The notes under the pieces are model-generated. The model was not told where the DNA came from and made no database searches. It worked only from the letters and a program-made list of their open reading frames with translations. A stretch of DNA of 64,000 nt from Octopus bimaculoides (Eukaryota). Of this stretch, positions 41,958 to 55,719 are shown one piece after another. The number at the start of each line of letters is the position of its first letter. The stretch's first letter is position 1. The position numbers and the translations under genes are program-made. The stretch covers positions 123,684,297 to 123,748,296 of the forward strand of contig NC_068982.1 of the NCBI RefSeq assembly GCF_001194135.2. The letters run 5' to 3'.

Positions 41958-43479
41958 CACACACATACACACACATATATACATATATATCTTATATGTA
42001 TTTTTTTTACTTGTAAATTATTCCCAAAATAGCTTCCTAAAAGCTTGTAGTTCTTAATCTTTATTACAGGAGCTGGGAACTAACTACTAATTAACAACAA
42101 GGAATAAGGAATTGTTCTTACAACAAAGCAGGCTTGCTTTAGAAATATGGGGGTGTTAACATTAAAAAAAATAGAAACATGGACCCTCTTGACTTTTCTT
42201 TTTTTTTTCACTCTCTCCCTCTCACCTCTTTCTTTATATTTGTACATTTTATTTTAGTGTAGTCTCTAAACTCATTAGATTATTCACTGAATGGTAAAAA
42301 ATATATTTGCCCTGCTAACAACTAGGAAGCATGGAAAACAGATGTTATTGAAAAGAATAGTTTCAATATGTTTCCAACAAAAGAAAGACAAAAAAATTTA
42401 TTATATAGTTTCCAAAAGTAAAAACTGTTGCTATTTTCAGTAACGTTTTGTCTCACGAAACTACAAGTGGACACATACATATGCATTTCTTGTATTCTGT
42501 GTCTTTAAATTGATTTTGGATTTTGGTTTTAAATCAAGGAACTTTTGTTGTTTTAGTAATTACTATAGTTTTATTATTTTACTATTTCTGAACTGTGGGA
42601 AACATTGAGACTAAATCCAGTAACTGTGTTGTTGCTTGCTCTACATGTTCATTAAAAGTATTTGCCAATATCAATAATTACAGATGATTTAATTATGGAA
42701 TGTTTGCAGAGAATAATGCTAATACTGTCATAAAGAAATCTTTATATGGTCATTGAAACTGCAAGAAACAACAGCCAAATCTCCATCAAATAACACTGAA
42801 TTTATAAAATGATGGAATATTTACTGTCAGAACATTTGTTGATCATCTTCCTGCATGAACAAGGCTGACCCTGGGTTAATCAATAGTAACAACAACAGCT
42901 AGCAGTGTAACCAAAAATATTTTATAGTGTAGTAGTGATTTCAAATTTTGGCACAAGGCCAGTAATTCCAGAGAAGTAATGAGTCAACTACATTGATCCC
43001 TGAAAGGATGACAGGCAAAGGTGACCTCAGCAGAATTTGAACTCAGATCATGAAGACAAATGAAATACTGCCAAACATTTTGCCTGGCTGCTAAGAATTC
43101 TGCCAATTTTCCGCCTTATGCTATAGTGTAATATTGAATAGTATGTTATATTAGAAAATATATTCTTGGACAATATATACTTGGATTGGCAACAAGAATG
43201 CATCCAACTTTGGAAAATCTGCCTGAACAAGTTCCATCTGACCTATGCAAGCAAGGAAAAGTGGTGATACCATGTTATAGAAGACAGTTTAGTATCATGT
43301 ATAGTACAGAGTGTTTGGGCTAAAGTTGGAGATTTTTTATGTCTCCTTTTTTTTTCCAGAAACAGCTCGATGTATTGGTGAACAGTCAATGGCATTGGAG
43401 AGTTAAAGATTAAAGTTGTAGTTGAAGAAAAGCCATCTGAATATTGGAAAAGAGTTACTTGTATCATGATGATTTATGT

Positions 43480-44151
43480 CAGGTATCAAAATGCTGACAT
43501 TATGACTGCTTCTCAATACTCTATGAGTGCTGCAAAGGCTGTGGGATGTGACATGGGTATCATAAAACCAAGTTTGCCCAATCTATGATGGTCTTTCGGT
43601 GTGTCTCCAGTGAGGGTGTTGTCATGCGACACCACATCTTTGAACAGGACCATTAGGCTCAATTCAGATGGCTATATGAAGCTACTGGAGACTGTAGTCA
43701 GGTCCTGGCTTGAGAGAGTTGCTGTTGGAAGGATGTTGTGTGGCAGCAGGATCCAACTCCTTGCCATACCTCCAGAAAGAGTCAAAAGTATTTTTCAGAG
43801 AATTTCTTTGATTTCAATTTCTGGCCTCCTAATTCCCATGATTGTAGTCTCATGGATTACTGTGTGAGGATCATGGTTAAGAAAGACACCAGCTGCTCTC
43901 CCTGCAACCTAAAGACTAAGCTGGTGACTAAGATCAAGGAGGTGTTTGAAGTTCTTCCCAGAGACACATTGAGGAATGCATGTGCCAGGTTCTGGAGCCA
44001 TCTTGAAATTGTGGTGAAAACTGTAAACTGTTATCTCTCAGCCATAATCCAGTTGATATTTTTTGCTTTTTTTAAATACTTTTATTTTTGGATGGGATTT
44101 GTTTTCTTTTCCTTATATGCAAACTGTTAAATTTAGCTTGAACACCCTGTA
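43480..44151 (+). mobile_element. Decayed mariner/Tc1-superfamily transposon, 3' part
   Basis: VSSEGVVM...RLNSDGYMKLLETVV...WQQDPTPCHTSRKSQKYFSENFFDFNFWPPNSHDCSLMDY (34 residues between the last two D as sequenced; WPPNS motif typical of mariner/maT). The right end TTGAACACCCTG|TA is the complement of a TACAGGGTG-type TIR. Confidence 0.8.
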
Positions 44152-45152
44152 CAGTGTTTGTATTTTAGGTTAGATGGAGGGATTGAACAAGAATTAAAAA
44201 AATACTCCTTGTAAGTAGTCCGTACAATAGCAGCACAACTTCAAAGTATGAATCATTAGTAAATTAAACTTGCAAAAAAAAAAACAAAAAAACAATAATA
44301 AGAAATAACAATAGTTAATAGTGGATGAATTTCAGTAAGTTTATAATTAATTTAAATTTGTAAATTGTAAATTTTCAGAAACAAATTTCAATGAATATCT
44401 TTCAAAAATGAACTTTTGAGATGAAAACTATTCTATGTCTTTTAATGATGCTAGCCATCCTGATACCCCCCCCCCACCAGAAAAGGAGCATTTTTCAAAT
44501 CTTCATTTCTTAATTCTTATATAACTGACTCAAATTGACTGGATGCAAATATAAAATAGCAGAGTGTATTCTACAAATGCTCCTCCTCCCCATCATCATC
44601 GTCGTCGTCATCGTCACCACCACCACCACCACCGTTGTCGTCATTGTTGTTTTATGTCAGCCTTTCCCATCCTGGCATAGGCTGGATAAGCCTTCTGAAG
44701 AAGTGGTTTACAGTAAGATGCTCTTCCTGTCACCGACTGTTCTAGACATTTCTCTTCACATACAAAGAAGTGATGTACCTATTTTCAAACCATGATACAC
44801 ATACATACAGGTTTAGGGATCCAGACTAACTAAAATTATCAGAGAATAATTACATTTTTAAATAATGGTGTAAGAAGGATAACCTTGGAATACCAATATA
44901 TGGGGATGCTAGCAAAGCTTCCCCTGTTCCAATTTTACATCTTTTATCTCTTACATGTTTTAGTCAGCAAGTATGCTGGGGAATTGCCCAGAAGAATTTA
45001 GTCAAACAGATTGACATCAGTACTTATTCTTTTCTCTTAAGTTTGGTAGTTATTCTATTGGTTTCTTTGCTGAACTGCTAATTTAGAGGGACATAAACAA
45101 ACCAATGCTGGTTGTCAAGCTGTTAGAAGGTGGGGACAAACACAAAGACAGG

Positions 45153-46201
45153 GAACCAATGAGGTAATAGACTTGCCCTTGAACTTTGACGTCGGCATAA
45201 ATTCATGTTTATCTATCTTCTTAGATGCACCAAACGATGTCATTTGAAATGCAGAGTTGTGTTGTTTGATATTGTTCAGAAAATCCTTTGACTGGATAGA
45301 AGTGCCTTCTAGAAGATTCATATGAGGTTGAGAAGGAGCTGGTAGTGCTGGCAATGTTACCTGACCACCTGAGCAGCACATACCATTTGTTTCATTTGAA
45401 AATTTTAAAGCTCTACAGAAACAACAATATGTGTTTAGCACACCAATTTGGATAGAATTATCATTTTTATAAGAATGGGATGGATCATATCTGAAAACAG
45501 CTTCAGGAGTTGTGAAGAATGAATTTGTACATAGTCTGTTTCTGAGAGCTATTCTACTGGACCTCTGTCTAATCATTAAAACATTGATTTAATGATCCAG
45601 CATTAAGTACTGCAACATGCATTTGCTGATCTTGAGAAAATCTCATCACTCTTCAGACTCTTGCCTTCAGTTTTCTACAATCCTCCTTGCTTTATACTTG
45701 TTTCTGGAGAGATTACATCTTTTCTGTGTTTCTTCTGCTCATTCCGTAAAAAAGTATTTGAAGAGAGCAAAAATTGAAAGAAGAGAAAACGAAAAGGACA
45801 GAGACAGAAAGTGAAAGATATTTGTATGTCTATATGAAATGGACGCATGTGTGTGTGTGCACACACGTGCTAGCTCGTGTGTGTGAGAGAGAAAGAGAGT
45901 GATAAAGAGAGATAGAGTGAGTGAGTGAAGGTATGTGTTGTGATGATTGATGTCTTTTAAGGTACACACACACATATAGAAAATGTGATGTCGTCGTATA
46001 AAATGTTTACGATAGTTGATTTATGGAAAAGATTCTAAATTTTTAAAATGCAAATATGTGAATGGAATTTAAGTTTAATTTGTAGCCAAAATAGTACTGA
46101 ATCTTTCGATACCCCATACGTCAAAATCTGTAACTCGGTTTTGGAATGCATAAGGAATATATATATATATATATATATAGATAGATAGATATATATATAG
46201 A
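45153..46201 (-). mobile_element. Helitron 5' fragment (5' end, UTR and Rep/helicase N-terminus)
   Basis: CCFCRALKFSNETNGMCCSGGQVTLPALP...LLEG...SKDFLNNIKQHNSAFQMTSFGA...FMPT(-1)KVQGQVYYLIGSL is the conserved N-terminal region of animal Helitron RepHel. The upstream minus strand starts TCTATATATAT...CCTTATGCATTCC, like animal Helitron 5' ends. Cut at its 3' side by a SINE A segment. Confidence 0.85.
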
Positions 46202-47754
46202 CGTAATACTGAAATAGTGTAAGATATAAGAGATTGCTCTGGGCTCGCATTAGGCAAGAAGTTGGAAATTTATTTGGCTCATGATACTGCATGGACCTTG
46301 GCTTTTGTATTTGACAACTGTTGCTTTAAGTATTTAATTTCGATTTTATGTATATATGTATGTATATATGTATGTATGAGCCAATGAGGGAGACCACTAC
46401 ATGGTAGCTAGACATGCTAGAAATAGCAGCCAAATCTCCCTCAAAACACCCTACTGTCTTAATCCGACAATTCTGCCTATGTAGTTTGAATGAGAAACTG
46501 TAACTAAAGATTAAGATTATTAACCCCAAACTTGGATGGTGTTAAGTAGTGGAGATGTTTGGTAATTGTATGTGGTGGTTACTTTTGACTGTTTCTTCTC
46601 AATAAAGATAATTGATTGATAATGAATCTTAACACAATATATAAATAACTTCAAGTGGAATCGGACATCATAAGAGAGACAGAGAGAGGAAAGAAGAGAG
46701 ACAGCACTGCGACGGTTTTGGCTGACTGTCATCCTGTACTCCCCTTGTTGCTAGCGAAATGGTATGTGCCGGCTGTCTGAGCAAATACGTTGCTTTTAAT
46801 GGTGAAACAAACAGGACAAAAAGATTACAAAAATAGTGATTCTCACTTTGAAACTAACAATTTTGAAAATTTTTTTAGATTACGGAACACCACAGTCATA
46901 CAAGTAGTATCCTTTGTTTGTAATCCTTAACAAAAGCAGCATATCTGGCCACTGAGCTGTTCATTTGACTGAAGGAAATACTGCCTCACCTGAAAACAGG
47001 TAAGAGAAGACTTGCAACAAGAAGAGCATCCAACTATATAATCTGCCTCCACAAGGTTTCACCTGACCCATGCAAGCTGGAAAAAGTAGATGTTAAAACA
47101 ATGCTAATGCTGCTGCTGATTATGATGTTAATGATGATGTTAATGATGATGATGGAAAATTGTTCACTCCGTTTGTTTAATCCTCATACTCCACTCCTGT
47201 GAGAAGCAATGATCTATGTCACTGATACAAAACACTAAAACTATAATACAAAGCACTAAAAACTACAAAGAGACTATATATACAGGTCTATCAGAAAATA
47301 CAAAGAATTCACTAACCTACGTTAGATTTGTTTAAAGACAAGACATTCATCAAATTACAAGGTACTTGTGTTTGTAAAAGAATGTCTGAACTTCTTGTTA
47401 AATGCTTTCCAGCAATGAGAACTTCTTGTTATGACAACTCAAGTTAACAAGATACACTTTCCAGTTTTCAGTATTTTCTCTGTTATTTGGTATTTGAATC
47501 TGAAATAATAATTCCTTTATGCCTGAATTCTCACTGAAGTGGCAGGGTCCTTGGCCTGTTTTACAAAGGTACATGTTTAACTAAGCAATTTGATGTTAGA
47601 TTTTATTCATCTTATGCAGTAATATTTTAGAATTTTTAATTAAATTTTTTTTTCTTCTCATCCACAAGTTTGTACTTTTCTCTCTCTGTCTTTTGTTTTG
47701 TTTCACTAAGTTTTGCTAAGTTTTGCATGCATTTCACTAAGTTTTGCATGCATA

Positions 47755-47925
47755 TACTAGCTTGCTTACCAACCACATGGTTCCAGGTTCAGTCCCCCTG
47801 CGTGGCACCTTGGGCAAGTGTCTTCTACTATAGCCTCGGGCTGACCAAAGCCTTGTGAGTGGATTTGGTAGACGGAAACTGAAAGAAGCCCGTCGTACAT
47901 ATGTATATATATGTGTGTGTGTGTG
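47755..47925 (+). mobile_element. Young SINE family A head running into a microsatellite and a 668-N gap
   Basis: Near-consensus ...CCCCTGCGTGGCACCTTGGGCAAGTGTCTTCTACTATAGCCTCGGGCTGACCAAAGCC...GAAGCCCGTCG with CpGs retained. Confidence 0.85.
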
Positions 47926-48593
47926 NNNNNNNNNNNNNNNNNNNNNNNNNNNNNNNNNNNNNNNNNNNNNNNNNNNNNNNNNNNNNNNNNNNNNNNNNNN
48001 NNNNNNNNNNNNNNNNNNNNNNNNNNNNNNNNNNNNNNNNNNNNNNNNNNNNNNNNNNNNNNNNNNNNNNNNNNNNNNNNNNNNNNNNNNNNNNNNNNNN
48101 NNNNNNNNNNNNNNNNNNNNNNNNNNNNNNNNNNNNNNNNNNNNNNNNNNNNNNNNNNNNNNNNNNNNNNNNNNNNNNNNNNNNNNNNNNNNNNNNNNNN
48201 NNNNNNNNNNNNNNNNNNNNNNNNNNNNNNNNNNNNNNNNNNNNNNNNNNNNNNNNNNNNNNNNNNNNNNNNNNNNNNNNNNNNNNNNNNNNNNNNNNNN
48301 NNNNNNNNNNNNNNNNNNNNNNNNNNNNNNNNNNNNNNNNNNNNNNNNNNNNNNNNNNNNNNNNNNNNNNNNNNNNNNNNNNNNNNNNNNNNNNNNNNNN
48401 NNNNNNNNNNNNNNNNNNNNNNNNNNNNNNNNNNNNNNNNNNNNNNNNNNNNNNNNNNNNNNNNNNNNNNNNNNNNNNNNNNNNNNNNNNNNNNNNNNNN
48501 NNNNNNNNNNNNNNNNNNNNNNNNNNNNNNNNNNNNNNNNNNNNNNNNNNNNNNNNNNNNNNNNNNNNNNNNNNNNNNNNNNNNNNNNNNNNN

Positions 48594-48639
<46 letters not shown>

Positions 48640-50110
48640 ATCAAAATATACACATATATATGTATTTATGTATGTATATATGCACGTGTGTGTGTGTGTG
48701 TGTGTGTGCGTGCTATGATTCTGAATATTGTATTCTCCTGTGATTACATGTCTTGAAGAACAACTTCATGAGTTGTTAGGTTATCTAAAGAATTTTTATC
48801 TACTTTTGTTGCAAGTATCCACAGAACTACTTGAATGTTCTCTCATTTTTATGTATAGATATGCTTACAAGTAAATATTGTTATGTCTATACACATATAT
48901 GTATAAAATGTATGGAATCATGACGAGCAGTTTCTTTTAGAATTGAAGCTCTTGTTTCTGTCATTCACATATGATTATTTAGCTTCATTAGATTGTACTG
49001 AATATCTGGTGTCGGTAATCAATGCCATCAAGAGCTCCTTTACTTATCTCAGTCATTGGACCATGGCCATGTTGGGGCATTGCATTGAAGAGTTTAGTTG
49101 AACAATCAACTCCAGTAGATATTTTTTTAAAGTCTGGTACTTATTCTATCAGTCTGTTTGGTAAACTGCTAAGTTACAGGGATATAAACAAGCACTCATT
49201 TTCAAACACAAAGATGCACACACACATACATATGTACATATGATGAACTTCCATATAGTTTTCATCTACCAAATTCACTCACAAGACTGGTCTGAGGCTG
49301 TAATAGTAGACATTTGCCCAAAGTGCCATGCAGTGGGACTGAACCCAAAGCTGTTTGGTTGTGAAGCAAATGACTTAACCACAGTCATGAGAAATAAAGT
49401 AGATATCTACAAGATATCCAGATTGACGCTCAAGCAATCCCACCAGTCCACTGTTCTAGAGAGAAATTATTAGATTCATTAAGCCCACCAGATTGGCAGA
49501 GTCATTAGAGCATCAGATGAAACACCTTGTGTTGTTTATTCTGATTCTGGTTTCTAACATTCTGAATTCAAGATTTTGCTGAGGTCAGCAGGATATCTTG
49601 TTCCAGTTCTTTGTATTCTGAGTTCAAATCCTTTTGTGACCTACTTTACATGGCAGAGTTAATCTATGATATGGTTTAACACTGCCACCTGGTTCTTAGG
49701 TGCATTTAGCAGGGATTTCTACTCTGCTGCAAACATTTGAACCTGATCTCTGGTTTGAGGATACCTTCTTCCCTCCTTGCCATAAATCTTGGTGGCCCTG
49801 AAAAAGATCATAAATACTGCCTTTTCTCCTGACTGAAATGTATTTAAAAACATCAATGCAAACAAAGCTGATATAATTGTTTTCAATATATTGCAAAAGA
49901 ATGACAATATTTATTCAGTTAGGTGCAAGTATAGATGTGTGGTAAATTAGGCACAGGTGTAGCTGTATGCTATGAAGTTTCCTTCCCAACCACATGATTC
50001 CGAGTTCAGTCCCACTGCATGGTACCTTGGGTAAGTGTCTTCTACTATAGCTTCAAGCCATCCAAAGTCTTTTGAGTGGATATGGTAGACAGAAACTGAA
50101 AGAAGCCTGT

Positions 50111-50166
<56 letters not shown>

Positions 50167-50289
50167 GTTCACCACATTCCCATAACTTATGTTTCAGTAA
50201 AAGAGAAAAACAATAAGTATCAAGCTTAAAAAATAAATACTAGGTCAATTCCTTTAACTAAAATTCTTCAAGGCAGTACCCCATCTATA

Positions 50290-50935
50290 TCATCATCATC
50301 ATTTAACGTCTGTTCTCCATGCTGGCATGGGTTTGACCAGGGCTGGCAAGCTGGAAGGCCGCACCAGACTCCAGTCTGTTATGGCAAGGTTTCTACAGCT
50401 GGATGCCCTTCCTGATGCCAACTACTCCGAGAATGTAATGGGCGCCTTTATGTGCCACCAGCATGGGTGCTATTTGCGTGACACCGGTATCTGCCATGAC
50501 TGTGATTTTGCTTGGCTTGATGGGTCTTCTTCTCAAGCACAGCATAATGCCAAAGGTCTCAGTCATTGCCTCTGTGAGGCCCAATGCCTGAAAGGAACTC
50601 ACCTCCATGAGGCACAATGCTCAAAAAGAACTCAGCCACTTTGGCTCCATGAAGCCCAATGCTTGAAAGGAACTCAGTTACTTTGTCTCTGTGAGGCCCA
50701 ACGCTCAAAAGGTGCTCTTTACATGCCACCAGCATAGGTGCCAGTTACATGATATTAACATCAGTGACGAATACGATATTACATGGCTTGATGGGTCTTC
50801 TCAAGTACAGCATATCACCAAAGAAGATCATCCTTCACCACCTTGTCCCATGTCTTCCTGGGTCTACCTCTACCACAGATTCCCTTCACAGTTAGAGATC
50901 GGCATTTCTTTACACAGCTGTCCAAGTCCATATAA
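50290..50935 (-). mobile_element. RTE-type 3' UTR containing four imperfect ~30-40-bp tandem units
   Basis: (CAT)n TTTAACGTC start on +; internal units of type TGAGGCCCAATGC.TGAAAGGAACTCA at ~50570-50715. Confidence 0.7.
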
Positions 50936-51718
50936 ATGATTGCCTTTTTTCAGTTTCTATCTATTAATTCAACTCACAAGCCAGTGGTCAACCCAGGGCT
51001 ATTGTAGAAGACACTTGCCCAAGCTGCCTCACAGCAGGAACTGAACCTTGAGACTTATGGTTTGGAAGTGATCTTCTCAACCACCCATGCCTGTACTCCT
51101 GTATACATATTCATTCATATTTAATTAAAGACCCACCCACCATAAAGTTACAAAATATCATATTCTGGTGTGTTTGTATCAATTTAAAAATGTCGCAAAG
51201 ACTTGACAAGGAATGTAAATAACTTTAACAAGTACTTAAAACATATTTTCATCAGGAAAAAAATATAGCTACCATGTGAATGAATAAAGCTGCCTATAAA
51301 TTATTGCAATGTGAATAATGTTAAATACATGAAACCACTGAAAGATATAATTCCTCTTCATCAGCAGTGACCTGAAAATAACAGGTTATTGTTCCTGTTT
51401 GATGAGGCATGATATTGCAATGAAAATAAGATATTTATAACAGGAACTTACCAGATGGAAAATGCCAACTCATTCTTAACAAATAAATAAATAAATATAT
51501 GAATCAAAAATTGAAACAACATTTCACTTAAAATATATAAATAAAATCTCAAAGCAACAGACCTGTTATTGTCCTCAATTGCATTTATTCAAAGAATTTA
51601 TTACACTAATATTACATCAACATTTTATTAACAAATAAAATATATACAACTAACTGATTTCAGAATCTACTGTTCTTTTACTCTCACTATTAAAGCCATA
51701 GTTGTATTCTTAGTAATT

Positions 51719-51754
<36 letters not shown>

Positions 51755-51757
<3 letters not shown>

Positions 51758-52059
51758 TTTTACTTGTTTCAATCATTTGACTGTAGCCATGCTGGAGCAC
51801 CACCTTTAGTCGAGCAAATCGACCTCGGGACTTATTCATTGTAAGCCTAGTACTTATTCTATCGGTCTCTTTTGCCGAACCACTAAGTTATGGGGACGTA
51901 AATACACCACCATCGGTTGTCAAGTGATGTTGGGGGGATAAGCACATACACGTACATGCATACATACATNNNNNNNNNNNNNNNNNNNNNNNNNNNNNNN
52001 NNNNNNNNNNNNNNNNNNNNNNNNNNNNNNNNNNNNNNNNNNNNNNNNNNNNNNNNNNN

Positions 52060-52092
<33 letters not shown>

Positions 52093-52269
52093 ATATACAC
52101 ACATATATATGATGGGCTTCTTTCAGTTTCCGTCTACCAAATCCACTCACAAAGCTTTGGTTGGCCCGAGGCTATTGTAGAAGATACTTGCCCAACGTGC
52201 CATGCAGTGGGAATGAACCTGGAACCATGTGGTTGGTAAGCAAGCTACTTACCACACAGCCAATCCTGC
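51755..52269 (-). mobile_element. SINE family A, full length (central microsatellite contains a 90-N gap)
   Basis: All modules present, low divergence. Confidence 0.9.
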
Positions 52270-52721
52270 TTTATATATAAATATATAAACATGTGTGTGC
52301 GTGTATTATTGTTTATCTTTTATCTAGTATTACCATCATTCTGGTTTTGTCCACTATTTCACCATTTTTATTCTTATATTTTTTTACTTATTGTTTCCCC
52401 CGTATATAAGAAGCATAAAGCTCTTGACCATCGCACAATATAAGAGTGCAACTTTTGATGCAAGTCTGATGAATTCTTATTCCAGTGTAATCATTGACAA
52501 ATATTTTGTTACTTTTCACATGAAATCATTTCCATGCAATAAAAAACGGAGTGGTGCTGAAGGAATTATTACTAACAATAAAGATGTGCTAAATCTATTT
52601 TTCATCTACCTCTGTGTGTGTGTGTGTGTGTGTGTGTGCGTCCATGCATGCACATGCATGGGTGCATGCATGCATGCATGCATGTGTGTGTGTAAATATT
52701 TATACAATGCAGTATTATATT

Positions 52722-52965
52722 GGAGGCACATGGCTTAGTGGTTAAGGTGTTGGATTCATGATCATAAGATTATAATTACGATTCCTGGACCAGGCAACAC
52801 ATTGTGTTCTTGAGCAAAACACTTCATTTCGCATTTCTCTCATCCCCTCAGCTGGTAAAAATGAGTAATCCTGCAATAGACTGGCGTCCCATTCAGGTGG
52901 GGAATATATACGCCATGAAACTGCAAATGGCTCCTTATGAGTCTACATGACTCGGAAAGAAACTT
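52722..52965 (+). mobile_element. tRNA-derived SINE family D, near full length
   Basis: GGAGGCACATGGCTTAGTGG box A, ACGATTCC decayed box B, TTGTGTTCTTGAGCAAAACACTTCATTTC core, CCTGCAATAGACTGGCGTCCC segment. Confidence 0.8.
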
Positions 52966-54073
52966 TGATTTTTAATTACAGTATTATAGATCCATTTCAG
53001 ACAATTTTTCAAATTAGTTTTGTACAGGAGAATTGGGGAAAAGCCCAATCTTGGGCACTTATCAAATGGGCTGCCCAGTCTATTCGTTTCCGTCTTTTTT
53101 TTTTTTCGCTCTCATGGATTATAAGTAAATCTTTAGGTATGTAGGTATAACTAAATATTTGCATAACTTTCAGTCTTTCGAGAATTTATGTAAAGTGTTT
53201 GACCAACAACAGTGAAACTGTAAAATATACATGATTTTTCATATTTGAATATATAATTAACTTGATCATTTTTCTCAATGTCTAATTTGAAAAAAAAGAA
53301 GAAACAAAATTTTTTCTCTTATATATGAAATATTTAAATAACAGTTTAGATAAGAAATGGCACTGAATATGGTTATATTCAACCCTCTTTCTTTAGCTCT
53401 CTCACCCATTGCAATGCCTGAGTATTGAAGGATTCCATTAAATATCTTCATATTCAATACTTTCCACCATCAACTTTCTGTACTGCAAATCACTTCCTCT
53501 CTTTTTCCAGGTTACTCATTACTGACTTCCATTGCACTCTCTTACTATCAATGTTATGGCCCATTATTATCTCAGTTTCTATGCATACATGCATACAGAG
53601 ACAAATATTTACACACATACATGCATGCATGAATACGTACATGCATATATACATGTACACATACACACACACATACATACATATGACAGGCTTCTATACA
53701 GTNNNNNNNNNNNNNNNNNNNNNNNNNNNNNNNNNNNNNNNNNNNNNNNNNNNNNNNNNNNNNNNNNNNNNNNNNNNNNNNNNNNNNNNNNNNNNNNNNN
53801 NNNNNNNNNNNNNNNNNNNNNNNNNNNNNNNNNNNNNNNNNNNNNNNNNNNNNNNNNNNNNNNNNNNNNNNNNNNNNNNNNNNNNNNNNNNNNNNNNNNN
53901 NNNNNNNNNNNNNNNNNNNNNNNNNNNNTTATATTTATGAAACAAATTTATTAACACCAAGCCATGTCTGTGCCAAGCCATGCCTAAATAACTTAAAACA
54001 AAGCAAAATTGAAATTGTGTAGGCATTATCTCTCCAGTATTTTACTCAAATTTAACGAATATAATTGTTCCTC

Positions 54074-54120
<47 letters not shown>

Positions 54121-55719
54121 GACATAACTAGTACTGATTTGGGTTTAGTCTTAGTCTAGGTTTGGAAAGAAATGTAAGAGTGTTGAAAGTTGCAGCTGTC
54201 AGATGCTGTCAGCATCCAAATTTCTTTTGTTTTCTGATAATCTTCAGACTAAAATAATCACCTCTACAACACATGACTTGCTCCTGATGCCAACAACAGA
54301 CTCATGGTAAAAAATAGCTGAAGAAATGTGCGAAAGCCAAAAGAAATCTTTCTTAAATGCTATCTTATTAGAAATTTTTCTAAAAGCTATCTTTTACACA
54401 GTATGAAATGAAAAGAACAGAGTTGAGGACAACTAGCTTGATCTTAACAGACAGCCTATTTCTAATCATAAACTAGGTTTAAGGCTGGAACACTACTACA
54501 ATTAGTTGTTAATATCTTTGTAAAAGTTGTGGAAAAATTTAACAGACTTGAAAGAAAGAAACAGAACGAAAGAAACTGTTATGGGTTGCAGACTATGTAC
54601 AGGAGTAAATGCCTTACTGAAAATAAGAATAACAATAAATGAATATAAAAAAAATAAATAAAATGAAAGATGAATTTGCTAAACTGAAACAATGAAAAGT
54701 AAATGTTAGAAGAGTTATGTAAAACGAAACAAGAATATAAGAGGAAAATATATTAATAATGATATTAGAACTCAGCCATAATTTAAAGAAGGTTGCATAG
54801 AAGTGTTATGAGTGGCTAAGGATTGTGAATCGAAGAAAGATTCCACCAATATTTCCTGTACCTGAACAGTCAGTTGAATTTATTGGGGTATTTATTTTAA
54901 AATAATTGTGACATGTAAAAAGTACCCATGCTGGTGCCACATAAAAGCACCCAGTACACTCTGTAAAGTGGTTGGTGTTAGGAAGGGCATCCAGCCATAG
55001 AAACCATGCCAAAACAGACAACTCTGGAGCTTGGTGCAACCATCCAACTTGCCAGCTTCTGTCAAACTGTCCAAGCTATGGTGATAAATTATGATGCATT
55101 TCGTTTTTGTATTTGCTTTGAAAGTCTGCTGATCTTCTCAGGAAGATCATTAAACCAATAATTAAAGCATGTACTGGTTCTATTTCACTGTTTTATTATT
55201 TATTTTTCATTTGCTTAATGGTCAAACCAATTAACTTATTGATTGTTTGATTAATCATTTGGCTGTTCAATCAATCAGTTTATTACTGCCCTTTTTTCGC
55301 CATTTACCTCATCAATGACATACGCCCTCTACTCCAAGTCTGCTTCAGATCTCTCTGATGCAATATATAATTATGATACAGCATACGATGTAACAATAAA
55401 CAATATACAATTGAATATTACTTTACGCAACAATAAAAAAGATGTAATCACCAGTATTTATTCAGAAAACCCTTCTAGAAAATGGCATTTTGTTATAAAT
55501 GCAAAAGACAAGTGAAGGCAAGTAACAGATGAAATGAGAGTAAATTTATAATAAAACAATACTTGAAGTAGTGTTGAAATTTGAATCATAAAAATATACG
55601 AGTTAAGAAGAAATGAGATGATTTTTGTATATTTAATATTAATAAAGGATAAGTAAGATAATGATGAAAGCGAGAGCCATAATGAGGGTGATGATATACA
55701 GAAGAAGAAAATACTCTGT

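Noticed and set aside
46295-46315. In-frame TLAFVFD, identical to the hemicentin beta-strand before the MIDAS motif, as a candidate upstream exon
   Set aside because: It continues NCCFKYL instead of xTGSM, has no FHDP or suitable donor, and has a stop 25 codons upstream with no signal peptide. Treated as coincidence, though a tBLASTn check is cheap.
49696-49907. Two overlapping minus-strand ORFs in unique-looking sequence
   Set aside because: No family I can recognise; short enough to occur by chance.
50570-50715. Spaced ~30-40-bp repeats resembling a CRISPR array
   Set aside because: The units are degenerate and nearly contiguous without unique spacers, lie inside an RTE 3' UTR in a eukaryotic genome, and no cas genes are present.
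55315-55515. 66-aa + strand ORF 1.5 kb upstream of the hemicentin exon
   Set aside because: No similarity to hemicentin N-terminal sequence, no signal peptide, and no phase-1 donor at a plausible position.
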